64,000 nt of DNA from Moniliella sp. 'wahieum' (Eukaryota): assembly GCA_003971905.1 (NCBI GenBank), contig RSEE01000082.1:1-64000 (forward strand), read 5' to 3'. Below are positions 1-10,560 of the stretch, in pieces. The notes below the pieces were generated by a model. It was given only the letters and a program-made list of their open reading frames with translations, was not told the DNA's origin and searched no databases. Position numbers and translations under genes: made by a program. Every line of letters begins with the position of its first letter. Positions within the stretch are counted from its first letter, which is position 1.

Positions 1-22
1 CCTAACCCTAACCCTAACCCTA
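1..22. repeat. Telomeric repeat tract (CCCTAA)n, left chromosome end
   Basis: Sequence begins cctaaccctaaccctaacccta, the C-strand of TTAGGG telomeres, at the very start of the window. Confidence 0.93.
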
Positions 23-468
23 GGGGAGGGCCGAGGTAGATAGCGAGCTACCCGAAGGGGAGAGAGTTATGCCGAGGCGATAGCTCGCTAAAATCGTCCG
101 CTCTATGCAGCTATGCCCTCCGTTTTTCGATTGGACCACCCGTTCAAAAGTTACACCCCCCATCCCTAACCCTACCCACCCCGACCCAACCCACCCCACC
201 CTCCGATGGCCTCGACGATAGCTCGCTACGAAATCGTCCGCTCTATGCAGCATATGGCCTCCGTTTTTCGATTGGACCACCCGTTGAGGAGAAGTACACC
301 CCCCCATCCCTAACCCTACCCACCCCGACCCACCCACCCACCACAAATAGAATCCGTACCAACTGCAGGCTGGAAATAAATAGAATTCGACACTAGTGTC
401 AAATTGCATTTGTGGCCGTCATATCATCGATCAGCCATACCAACTGTATCACTGAACATACGTCTAGG
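23..468. repeat. Subtelomeric module A: two ~140-bp units with internal CCCTAACCCTA plus a unique tail ending ACATACGTCTAGG
   Basis: cgatagctcgcta recurs at ~78 and ~216; catccctaaccctacccacc occurs at ~161 and ~305. The whole block recurs as a direct repeat at ~10562-10991. Confidence 0.9.
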
Positions 469-2158
469 ACTTATTGTGGCTGCAATCGAGCTGGACGTGA
501 CAAAGGCGGCCTCGAAGAGCGACGTCGGGCGGCTCTTGCCAACGAACGTGTTGGGCGTTACCCACAGTTCGTTGCCGTTTGCAAAGCTTGCAAAACTAAA
601 CTAAGCATGAAGGACATGAAGCCCGTGCTTGCTCCACTCGTCTGGCATGGGTGGCTCCCCGTGCCAATCGAAGAAGGCAATCCTGTACTTAACTACCCGA
701 TCCAATCCCCCCCCGACCCCATTCCGCTGAGCTTGCAAACCCAAACAACCATGGTCCTCGTCCCTTAAACCAAGGTGGCCGCCATCGCCTAACCGCCACG
801 CGCCCGCATACCACGGTGCCCCGGCTGCCCTCGCCACTGCGTGTCGTTGTTGAGCGGCGGCCAGACGGCTTGCCTGACCGCTTCGTCCTCGTCGATACCG
901 ATGACGATGACGATGACGATGAGGTGGTGATGTTGGAAGGCTCGGGCCGCAATCCTGCCCCACCCCTTGTTCCCCGTCCGACAGAGCGGTTGCAAATTGC
1001 ATTCCATGCTCCCGTGCTGCTCCGACCCTTGTGGAGCGCGGGCCCGAAACGCGGGACGCCACTTTGCCGATCCAAGAGGCGGCGCTTGACTACGGTCTTG
1101 ATGACATGCCCCCGATTGAGGATGCACCAGCGGGAATGGAGGTGGTGCCCGAGACGGTACAAGACTATGGCCTTGACGACATGCCCCCGATTGAAGATGC
1201 ACCAGCGGGAATGGAGGTGGTGCCCGAGACGGTACAAGACTATGGCCTTGACGACATGCCACCGATCGAGGATGCACCAGCGGGATTGGATGCGGCACCC
1301 AGGGCGCGACAAGAAGCCAGGCCTGATACCGAGATGGTTCATGTGGCATCTCCCATGCCCGATGTGGTGGCGATGGAAGATATCATTGAGGCGCTTCAAG
1401 TATCTAGCATACAACGGGACGTGGTCCATGAGACACCCGACCTTGCCGATGTGGCGGAGGTAATGGAGGATGCTGTTGTGACCGCAGAGGAGGACCTGAA
1501 TCAAGAGGCTATCGAGCGTGTCCGGCCTTCGCCCGACGTTTCCATCCCCGCCCTCTAGTCCCGGTTGATGAGCTTGATACCACGCCACCCCGCGGCCCTG
1601 CTCAACACCTGCCGGAAGTGCAGCGGGAGATCACTGAGATCCAGCGGTGCGCGATCGAGCTGGTGCAATCTCGAGGGGCTCGCGGTGGTGGTTCGGTACC
1701 GGTGGGGACCGTGGTGCTGGTACCGGTGGGGACCAACCTACTACCGATCAGGGTGGATCCTCAACGGGCCAAAGCAGAACTCGTGCCCGTTCGCGTCGTC
1801 GGAAGGGCTTCCGTGGCCCCAGATACCGTTCCGCGTCAAACGGGGAGAGGCATCATATCTTCATCCAACCGCGTATGCCAACACCACTTTAGCTGCTTCT
1901 GCCGTATGGCGCTTGTATGGTGTGAGTTGGCGTACAGCCCTCGCTCTCCATGCAGAACCCCGTCCTATCTTGTACGAAGACGACATGATGAACGAAGTGG
2001 AAACGACGGGTCCCACACAGCGGCAGGTACGTGTGGACCGGGAAGAGGAAGAACCACTCATTTCCATGCGATGGAGGCTTCTGCCGACGAAGGCGGCGCC
2101 TTGTCAGCCTGACTTGCAAATATCTGATCGCGAAGCGTACAGATCTGGAATACTATGA
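469..2158 (+). pseudogene. 5'-truncated, frameshifted hypothetical gene (Cys-containing N-terminal part, acidic tract, 25-aa repeats); possibly transposon-derived
   Basis: Consecutive protein-like + strand segments (412-768, 816-~1030, 1031-1558, 1618-~1850, to 2158). Begins abruptly after the CTAGG at 468. No family recognised with confidence. Confidence 0.45.
1088..1286 (+). repeat. 75-bp coding tandem repeat (~2.6 copies; DYGLDDMPPIEDAPAGMEVVPETVQ)
   Basis: Units start at 1088, 1163 and 1238. Confidence 0.95.
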
Positions 2159-2229
2159 ATTGCCCGCGACTCACAACATTTAACACCATAGAATGCATTG
2201 CTAGTGTCTATGAGCGAACAAGCGTCGGC

Positions 2230-3810
2230 CGCACCGGTGGGCAGTGGCTGGGCAGACGGAATGACAAGCACCATGGCCTGCTTCGGCTTGGACGACCGGG
2301 GGTAGCGATGATCGAATCAATGGTGTGATGTTGATGACCGATGGCCGAAGCGAGAGTGGCAACGGCCGCGGCGTGCGTGCGAGGGAGGCGTGGGGCAGGG
2401 GGGGGGGGGGGTTAGGCAGGTGGAGATGAGAAAGCAGCCCGGCCAGGTGGGCAGTGGCTGGGCAGACGGCAGAGAAGAGAGAGGGTCAGTGGATGGCAGG
2501 GGCGTGGTGAGGCAACAGACCTTGGCATGGTGTGCTTGGACAAGGGCGAGGCGAGGGTGGGGATGGCCGAAGCGAGGGTGGGCTGGAGGCGTGCGGCAGG
2601 GGCGCGGGGGGGACGAGTGGGAGTGAGAAACAGGCCCGGTCGGGTGGGCAATGGCTGGACAGACGGCACAGAAGAGAGGGAGTCAGTGGAGGGGCGGGGC
2701 GTGGCAGACGCGGCGTGGCATGGCACTGAAGAGATGGGCCCACGGGGCATCCACCATGGTCTGCCTGCACATGCCCGCAGGGGGGGGGGGTAATGACCGA
2801 CGTGGGCGTGGCCAGGGCGGGGATGGGCGGGGGAGGGGAGCGCAGGGCGGGTGGGGCGGCGGGTGGGAATGAGAAGACACAGGCACAGGCAGGCGCATGG
2901 ACTGGGGACACAGAGCAGGGGGGTCAGTGTGTGGCCGGGGCGGATGGAAGAAGCACGGGAGACGAGAAGGCAGAGATTGGGGGGATGACGAGGCAACAGA
3001 CCTTGGCATGGTGCGTTTGGACAAGGGGGAGGCCAGAGTGGGGATGGCCGAAGCGAGGGTGGCGATGGTGACGGGGGGTGGGGGGTGGCGAGGGGGGCAG
3101 AGGGTGGACGGTAAACAGGACGGTGGGTGGGCGCGTCGGAAGGGGGAGCCGTGGGATGCTGCATGGTGCGCTTGGACAAGGGGGAGGCGAGGGTGGGGAT
3201 GGCGGGTGCGAGGGAGGGGGCGAGGGAGGGGGCGAGGCGTGCGATGGAGGGGGGGCGGGTGGGGACGCAGGTGGGAGTGGTGGGAGTGGGAAAGCAGGTG
3301 GGAGTGGGAAAGCAGGCTGCACGGGTGGGCAGTGGCTGGACAGACAGAAGGCACAGAAGAGATGGGGTCAGTGGAGGGCCGGGGCGGGGCAGACGAGGCG
3401 TGGCAAAGCACGGGAGAGGGAAAAAGAAGGCTGGGATTCAGGGGATGACGAGGCAACAGACCTTGGCATGGTGCGCTTGGACAAGGGGGAGGCGAGGGTG
3501 GCGACGGCCGACGCAAGGGTGGGGATGGGGGAGCGAGGGTGGGGATGGTGGGAGCGAGGTGGGGGCGAGGCGTGCGATGGGGGGGGCGGGGGGGGACGCA
3601 GGTGGGAGTGGGAACGAGGCGCGGACGGGTGGGCTGTGGCTGGACAGACAGACGACACAGACCAGAGAGAGTCAGTGTGGGGCAGACGGGGCGTGGCCAA
3701 AGCACGGGAGACGCGAAAAGGACGCGCTGATTCGGGGAATGACGAGGCAACAGACCTTGGGGCGCCAGGCCACGGCTCGGCCCAGGCGGCGGGTGGTGGG
3801 CCAAAGCCAG
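2230..3810. repeat. G-rich degenerate subtelomeric repeat block
   Basis: gaggcaacagaccttgg recurs at ~2510, ~2990, ~3450 and ~3744; gtgggcagtggctgg.cagac recurs at ~2237, 2447, 2645, 3325 and 3628. The + strand is strongly G-rich. Confidence 0.85.
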
Positions 3811-4227
3811 CTGGGGCGATCGCCACCCAAGCCAACTCAGCGCACTGGTCAGCTCACCCATCCACCCACCCATCATCCGTCCGCTGCGTCCGTGCACACC
3901 CAATTACTATTCCCGTTTAACGCCGGCCGCGCGCCGCTCATCGATCATCGATCACGCGATCACGCCTCCTCCACCGCCGATCCGTCCGCCGCCCATCCCA
4001 TCCCAAATCCACCAGCCCCACCATCGCACCCACCCAACGCCACCCCGCCCTGCGCCGCCTGTGCGCCGCGCCCCGCACCCCGCACGGGTGCATCTCCCCA
4101 ACCACCCACACCCACACCTGCGCGCCACCCATGCCCCACTCCAAGCCCAACTGCAGGAGCACCGCCAGCATCAGCTCGGCCACGCTGCCGCACCGGCCTG
4201 CCATCGCCCCGCCTGCACGTACAGGTA

Positions 4228-6400
4228 CGTGTGCAGACCCCCATTCTGGGCCAATTTGCAACCGCAGCAGCTCCCCTGAACGATCTCACTCGGGAGAATA
4301 ATTTGCAACTGACTCGATTCAAATCTGCTCAGATTTCGCTCAGCACCAGCGGCAGTAAGCGCGACACTGCGCCGTTTCAACCTCCCTTGGCCTACTTGGA
4401 CGCGTGCAGACCTCAACTCTGGTGCACTCCGCAAGCGCCTCAGCTTTCCTGAAAGAGCTCAATCAGGAGTACATGCTACACGTGTTTATTCTACCATGGG
4501 ACCAGTTGGGAGGTGTGCGGGCGGCGGGTACATTCCTCAGTTTGAAGCTGCTCCGCCCTGGTGCGTGCGGTTTTGTACCCATCAAGGCCTCGGTCCTGCA
4601 CTCAGCCCGAAGCGGTTTGGCTCTCCTGGAAGAGCTCGGCCACGCGCACAAATGAAGTGCATCCAAGCTGGGATCCGACCAAAATTGGAGAAGTACGGCG
4701 GGAATGATCATTGGACGGCGACCATTTTGGCCAACTGTGCACCATCACGTAGCGATTTGGGCGTGTGTAGACCTCATCTCTGCATGGACCGGGACAACGT
4801 TAGCTCCCATGAAAGATCTCATCCAGGAGCACAGTGTGTGTATCTACAATCTCGGATCCAACGAAAATTGACAGAGCACGAACGGATGGAAAATGGAACT
4901 TCGTCGATATGGGGCGAATATGTCCCATGCCAAGACTACATGTGGGTGTGCAGACCTCAATTCTGCACGAATCTGGAAGCGGCTTGGCTTCCCAGCAAGA
5001 TCTTAGCCCCGTGCACCACCTGGGCGCACCAACTGGGGATCCGGCCCAAAAACAAATCTGAGCGCATGCAACATCGAGCGGACGCGGACCATATATAGTA
5101 CTAACGCATGCCCCGCCAACTTCATTGGGTGTGCAGACCTCAGTTCTGCACCAATCCCGGTGCGGTTTGGCTTGCCTGAAAGATCTCGGCAGCGGGATTG
5201 ATATGAGGGCAGTTGCTCTGGGATGCGGCCAGAAATAAATGCGGCGGTATGCAACGAGGAGCGGATGCACACCATATATTCAACGCTTGTATATCTGACC
5301 ATCCCCAAACTGGATTTGGGTGTACAGACCTCAGTTCTGCACCAATCCGGTGCGGTTTGGCTTGCCTGAAAGATCTCGGCAGCGGGATTGATATGAGGGC
5401 AGTTGCTCTGGGATGCGGCCAGAAATAAATGCGGCGGTATGCAACGAGGAGCGGATGCACACCATATATTCAACGCTTGTATATCTGACCATCCCCAAAC
5501 TGGATTTGGGTGTACAGACCTCAGTTCTGCACCAATCCCGGTGCGGTTTGGCTCCCCGAGTAGATCTCAGCAGCGAGTTGTTATGAGGGCAGTTGCTCTG
5601 GGATGCGGCCAGAAATAAATGCGGAGGTATGCAACGAGCAGCGGGTGCGCACCATATATTCAAAGCTTGTATATATCTGCCCATCCCCAAACTCATTTGG
5701 GTGTACAGACCTCAGTTCTGCACCAATCCCGGTGCGGTTTGGCTCCCGAGTAGATCTCAGCAGCGAGATTGTTATGAGGGCAGTTGCTCTTGGATGCGGC
5801 CAGAAATAAATGCGGCGGTATGCAACGAGGACCGGAAGCACACCATATATTCAACACTTGTATATATCTGACCATCCCCAAACTTCATTTGGGTGTACAG
5901 AGCTCAGTTCTGAACCAATCCCGGTGCGGTTTGGCTTGCCTGAAAGATCTCGGCCGGATGCACGTTCTGAGAGCAGCCGCGCTGTATGCGGCCAAAAATA
6001 AATGCGGCGGTATGCAACGAGGAGCGGATGCACACCGTATATTACAACTGCTATATAAGATGCACCATCATACAGCGTCATTTGGGTGTACAGAGCTCAG
6101 TTCTGAACCAATTCCGGTGCGGTTTGGCTTGCCTGAAAGATCTCGGCCGCGTGCACGATCTGAGTGCAGTTGCGCTCGCATCCGACGAAAAGTAGACGAT
6201 ACGGTATGCAACGAGCACAAGAAGTAGACCTGCATTCAACTCGGCGACCATCAGCTGCACCACCGCAAACATGCATTTGTGCGTCAAAGGCTCAATTCTG
6301 CACCGATTCGAGTGGGGTTTGTTTGCCCTGAAAGATGTGTGCGAGGAGGTCAATCTGAGTGTTTCCAACGTCGGATCTGGGCCAAAGGAGCGCGGCCAGG
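4228..6400. repeat. ~175-190-bp tandem satellite (~12 units), homogeneous core with diverged flanks
   Basis: gtg(t/c)a(c)agacctcagttctgcacc..gaaagatctc anchors at ~4230, 4404, 4580, 4765, 4947, 5130, 5320, 5510, 5700, 5893, 6085 and 6280. Units between 5130 and 5890 are nearly identical. Confidence 0.9.
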
Positions 6401-6702
6401 ATGGAATGAGCATGGGAGCACGCCCCCAGATGGAGCTGATGTGCGCTGTACGTTGCAACCGCTGGGTGCTTGGCCCGCCGGGGTTGCACCTCGCAGCAGG
6501 GCACAGCTCACAGTCAGTACAGTCAGTGGCGTCCGCCCAGGCCAGCGTCCCTGGCAGCGTCGATCGGCGATCAGCGATCCTCGATCCACGGCCACTGCCG
6601 GCGCAGCACCGCCCTTGTCTGAGCATGCATCACGCAGCACGCCTGCCGGCCCGTGCCGCCCAGCCGCGCAACTGTCACATACCACATGCCACATGCCACA
6701 CA

Positions 6703-6738
6703 GCATGCATGCATGCATGCATGCATGCATGCATGCAT
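6703..6738. repeat. (GCAT)n self-complementary microsatellite in a CATG-rich region
   Basis: gcatgcatgcatgcatgcatgcatgcatgcatgcat. Confidence 0.95.
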
Positions 6739-7988
6739 GGCACATGTCCATGTCATGCATCATGTCAAATCGCGCATGCTGCATGCCCCATGCGCTGCAT
6801 CACCGCACCGCGGCACCTGTCACCTGTCACGCGTCACGCGCCACCAGCGCACCAGCCACCGCAGTACCACGCATGTCCAAGCCAGTCTCCAGTCACTCGT
6901 CACGCGTCACTTGTCAGTACCATGTCAGTACTCATTACATCATTGTATGTCATTCTATTGATGATTCGATGATCGACGTCCTCGGTCATCGGCGTGGCTC
7001 GGTGACTCGTCGGCGATGATCGATACGCCGCGGTCCAGTGCTCCGACCGCCGGGCCTCGGCCTCAGCGGGGGTGCAGCCACTGCACCTGTGTGGTAGTTC
7101 ACCTCAGCGCTGGTGGCTGGTGCCGCACCGGCTGTGCCTCAGTGCTGGTGCGGTCCTGCCTGCACTTGCATGTGCATGATGCATGACATGCATGATAGCG
7201 CCTCAAGCTTCGACGTCTTCAACGCCAGGTCACCGGTCAGGCCTCAGGCCGCAGGCGCCTCAGGGCAGCACCAATGCGAATCACAGGTCGCATTGGCACA
7301 CCAAGTGCACGGGCCATGCGGCTTGCACGGTGCCTGACATGGACTGGGGCCACAACGCCTGCCGCATCGCAGAGCACCGCCGCTACGCCCGCTGCCCCTT
7401 GTTTGCTGCCGTTCACAACGGCAACGCCGCCACGCTGCACACCCGCCAGATGCCAGTGTAGGAGAGCTCGGCCAGCGCTCAACGCTCAGCGGACGTGCCT
7501 GCAGGCCCAACTGCCCCGCGCACCACCTCGCACGCCCCCGCGCCCCCCGCCTCCTTCTCGTGGCCTGCTGGACTGATGCACTGATGGGACTGATGATGGG
7601 TCAACACCTGGTCAACCTGCGTCCGGGATGGGTGTCCGCCTGGCCATCTGCATGCGCCAGCACCATCCCCAGGCCTCTCGGACTCTCCACCCACCACGCG
7701 CTTGCACTGCAACTCATGATCCCACAACAGTAACGGCCAAGCTGATAGCGATGGTACACTATGGGTGCCGGGGTGTTGCATGAGCACGGGTGCGCCAGAG
7801 TCGTAGCAGATGTATGGCAGGTCGTCGGTACTCCCCCAGGAAGCGCCTCGGAGGTGGCTATCGAGGGGCTGCGCAGCAGCGGCCCGAGCCACCGCTTGTT
7901 CCATGGTTAGAATAGCTCAAGCGCACGTCGTAACTTCTAACTTGTCAACCAGCGAGAGGACCACCGGGCCGACGGCCTGGGTAGAACA

Positions 7989-8119
7989 CGTTGAACGTTG
8001 AACGTTGAACGTTGAACGTTGACCGTTGAGCTTGAGCTTGAGCCTCAGGGGCCGCAAGCTTGACCTCAAGGCTGAGCGGTTGAACGTTGAATATTGAATG
8101 TTGAACGTTGAACGTTGAA
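7989..8119. repeat. 7-bp-period palindromic repeat tract (GTTGAAC)n and variants
   Basis: gttgaacgttgaacgttgaac..., gttgaatattgaatgttgaacgttgaacgttgaa. Confidence 0.9.
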
Positions 8120-8159
8120 GACGTAATCCCAATGCGGGGTCACCTTAACCGGCATATAT

Positions 8160-8486
8160 GTCATGCCCCCCGGGGGTTGACCCTGTTCAAAAACAGTGTA
8201 GTTTGCGAATTCGCGCCGGCTTGCGCTGCAACCTAGATCAGTCGAAAGCTACGAAGCACGCGCGTTTCATAATGGGTAGAGGTCGTCCACGTTATCGAAA
8301 AAAAAATGGAGAGCGGGGGTCGAAGGCGGAACATGTGCATGCCCCCCCGGGGGTTGACCCTGTTCAAAACAGTGTATGTTTGCGAATTCGCGCCGGCTTG
8401 AGCTGCAACCTAGATCAGTCGAAAGCTACCAAGCACGCGGTTTCATAATGGGTAGAGGTCGTCCACGTTATCGATAAAAAAAAATA
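8160..8486. repeat. ~177-bp tandem duplication
   Basis: catgccccccgggggttgaccctgttcaaaa...gtccacgttatcga.aaaaaaaa at ~8162 and ~8338. Confidence 0.92.
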
Positions 8487-9034
8487 CCAAGTGGGCGGAG
8501 AGTACCTCGGGTGACCCCCTCCTATGACACATTTTTGGGTGTGGTGCGCCAACCAGTGGTGGTGGTGGTGAGCCAATGGTACCGTTAGACTCGTACAGTG
8601 CCGCCGCACGCGCCCCGGCCATCAGAAACATCAAAAATAACAGTTTCAAAAACCCGCCCCTAAATCTGGACCGGTCGGACACCCTGTAAGGCTCGATGGA
8701 GGCTTGCCCTGGTGAGGTAGAGGCTTTAATGGCAGGCGGAGGAGGTGTGGTGTTGGTGTATGCCGCTGGTACCAAAATGACCATATCTCAGCCGTCTGTT
8801 GACCGTTCCAGCTCAAACTTGGCATGGAGTTAGCGGTAAGCAAGCACTGGTGAGGGGGTGCATCAGATCCATCACCATCCCCACCATAAGAGCGGGCGCG
8901 CATGCAGGTGTGCTAGCACCAAAACAAGCATTAATATGGACGATGCGCGTCATTTCAGGAGGGTGTGTATGTTGGATGAAGTGTTGGTGGTGGTGGAAGT
9001 CTTGCGGTGGTGGGAGAGGCTGGGAGTGGTGGAG

Positions 9035-9113
9035 GTGGCGGTGGTGGGCGGTGGCGGGGCGTGGCGGTGGCGGTGGCGGTGGTGGTGGTGGTGGTGGTGG
9101 TGGCGGTGGCGGC
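9035..9113. repeat. (GGT/GGC)n trinucleotide microsatellite
   Basis: ggtggcggtggcggtggtggtggtggtgg... Confidence 0.9.
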
Positions 9114-9366
9114 GCTGGATTATTTGTTTGCGCGCGCCAACATCTGGTGGCCGCTGCCAGCGGCGCCTACAGCGTTGGTCAGCGGTAGGCGCTCACGGGT
9201 CACCCAGCCAGGCACCCCGTGAAAGGTCGGACGGCCAGCCAGAGGAACGATTTCTACCCAAACGCCTCCACGTAGACGGCATGGGGGCTACCCAGGTACT
9301 TTTTGTTCCTCTGGCACCCAATTCAGGAGCGGAATCTTCCCATCCATTCCTCAAAATATGTCTAGG

Positions 9367-10215
9367 TGTTGAAGACAGGGAGCAGAGGCGTGGAGATGGC
9401 GAGCACAGGCTTGGGGATGGCGAGCACAGGCTTGGTAACGAGGAGCAGGCTTGGGGATGACGAGTGCAGGCTTGGAGACGGTGGGCAGAAGGCAAGACAG
9501 AGTCGACACAAGCGTTGGAGCATGGCCGTAACGAGGGCCGAGGTGGGCGACACAACCGTGGCAATGCGTGGCCAAGAGCGACGTGGTGAGAGGGGCAAGA
9601 GTCTGGAGAAAGAGCGGGTCAGAATGAGGCAAGGTGGAATGAAATGGCATGGAGCGGCATGGGGAGCTGCACGGTCTGCTTGGACACGGGCGAGGCAAAG
9701 GGAGAGGGCCGAGACGAGGATCAAGATGGGCAAGCCGAACACCCAGAAGGCCAACTCAAGCGGCGGTGGTGCTGACGGCAGGCGAGCCAGTGACGACGGA
9801 CGGCCAGGGCGCCATGGTGAGGCCAGCAGGCATGCACAACGCCATGCACCATCGCTTGCACCATTCCCTGCTTTCGCTTGACCGACCCGACGGTGGCGAT
9901 GGCCGAATGAATGGCGGAGGAGATGGCGAGCGACTGGGGATGTGCGAGGGAAAGGGGGGGATTGCTGGGGCGTGCGTGGGAGGCAGGCACGCGGGTTAAA
10001 GAGAGCAAAGAAGGTGAGAAAGCGGGACGGGATGGCGGGCAGGGGCTGGACAGAAGGCACAGCAAAGTGGGTCAGTGCGGGCGTGGGGAGGGGCAGCCAA
10101 GGCGCGGGCAAGGCGCTGAGAGCGGCGGAAGGAGGCACAGATGGGAGGGGAAGCGAGGCAACACACCTTGGGGCGCGGGGAACGCTGCGAGGGAGGGGAG
10201 GATGGAGGCAAGAAG
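9367..10215. repeat. G-rich dispersed repeat, including a ~21-bp tandem at ~9391-9480; homologous to 15873-16480 and related to 2230-3810
   Basis: catgcaccatc.c.tgcaccattccctgctt.cgcttgaccgacc.gacggtggcgatgg.cgaatgaatggcgg is shared by ~9843-9917 and ~16118-16192; gaggcaaca.accttgg occurs at ~10155. Confidence 0.85.
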
Positions 10216-10283
10216 GCAGCGTACCAGCCCCATCGCCCCCCCATCAACATCTACGCCCCAACATGCACGCCCGCGCGCCCATC

Positions 10284-10420
10284 CATTAGGTAAGGACAGC
10301 GCGGCGCCGCGGGTGGATACAGGCTTGCAATGTTCATTAGGTACCGGCCACGCGCGCAGCCGGTGGATACAGGGGTGCAATGTTCATTAGCTCAGCGCCA
10401 TGCTGGCCGGCGGGGATACA
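10284..10420. repeat. ~51-bp tandem repeat (~2.7 copies)
   Basis: cattag..(variable)..ggtggatacagg..tgcaatgtt repeated. Confidence 0.8.
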
Positions 10421-10560
10421 CACGTCGACGGGTGATGACTACGTCAGAGGTCATAGGCCTCAGGACTATTGAGGTATCTCATACGGGCTAGCCCGTATGC
10501 GATGACCTCCGCCTCGATTGCTATGCGCCTCGGGACTATTGAATCTTTGAACATACGTCT

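Noticed and set aside
472..510. RAGRD as RecQ helicase motif VI
   Set aside because: It lacks the preceding QE.G, no other helicase motif is nearby, and it is on the opposite strand to the TLH-like relic.
2390..4450. Long Pro/Gly/Arg-rich ORFs (up to 441 aa)
   Set aside because: These are by-products of G/C-skewed repeats that lack stop codons; no domain signal.
5130..6230. Repetitive ORFs in the 190-bp array as a repeat protein
   Set aside because: Unit lengths vary and are mostly not multiples of 3, and stops recur in each unit; this is a non-coding satellite.
7183..7461. Ankyrin-like CPLFAAVHNGN segment
   Set aside because: A single short match with no supporting repeats or gene structure.
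10284..10420. Repeat-spacer-like pattern (constant ~30 bp, variable ~20 bp) resembling a CRISPR array
   Set aside because: Fewer than three full units, spacers are related GC-rich sequences, the context is eukaryotic and there are no cas genes.
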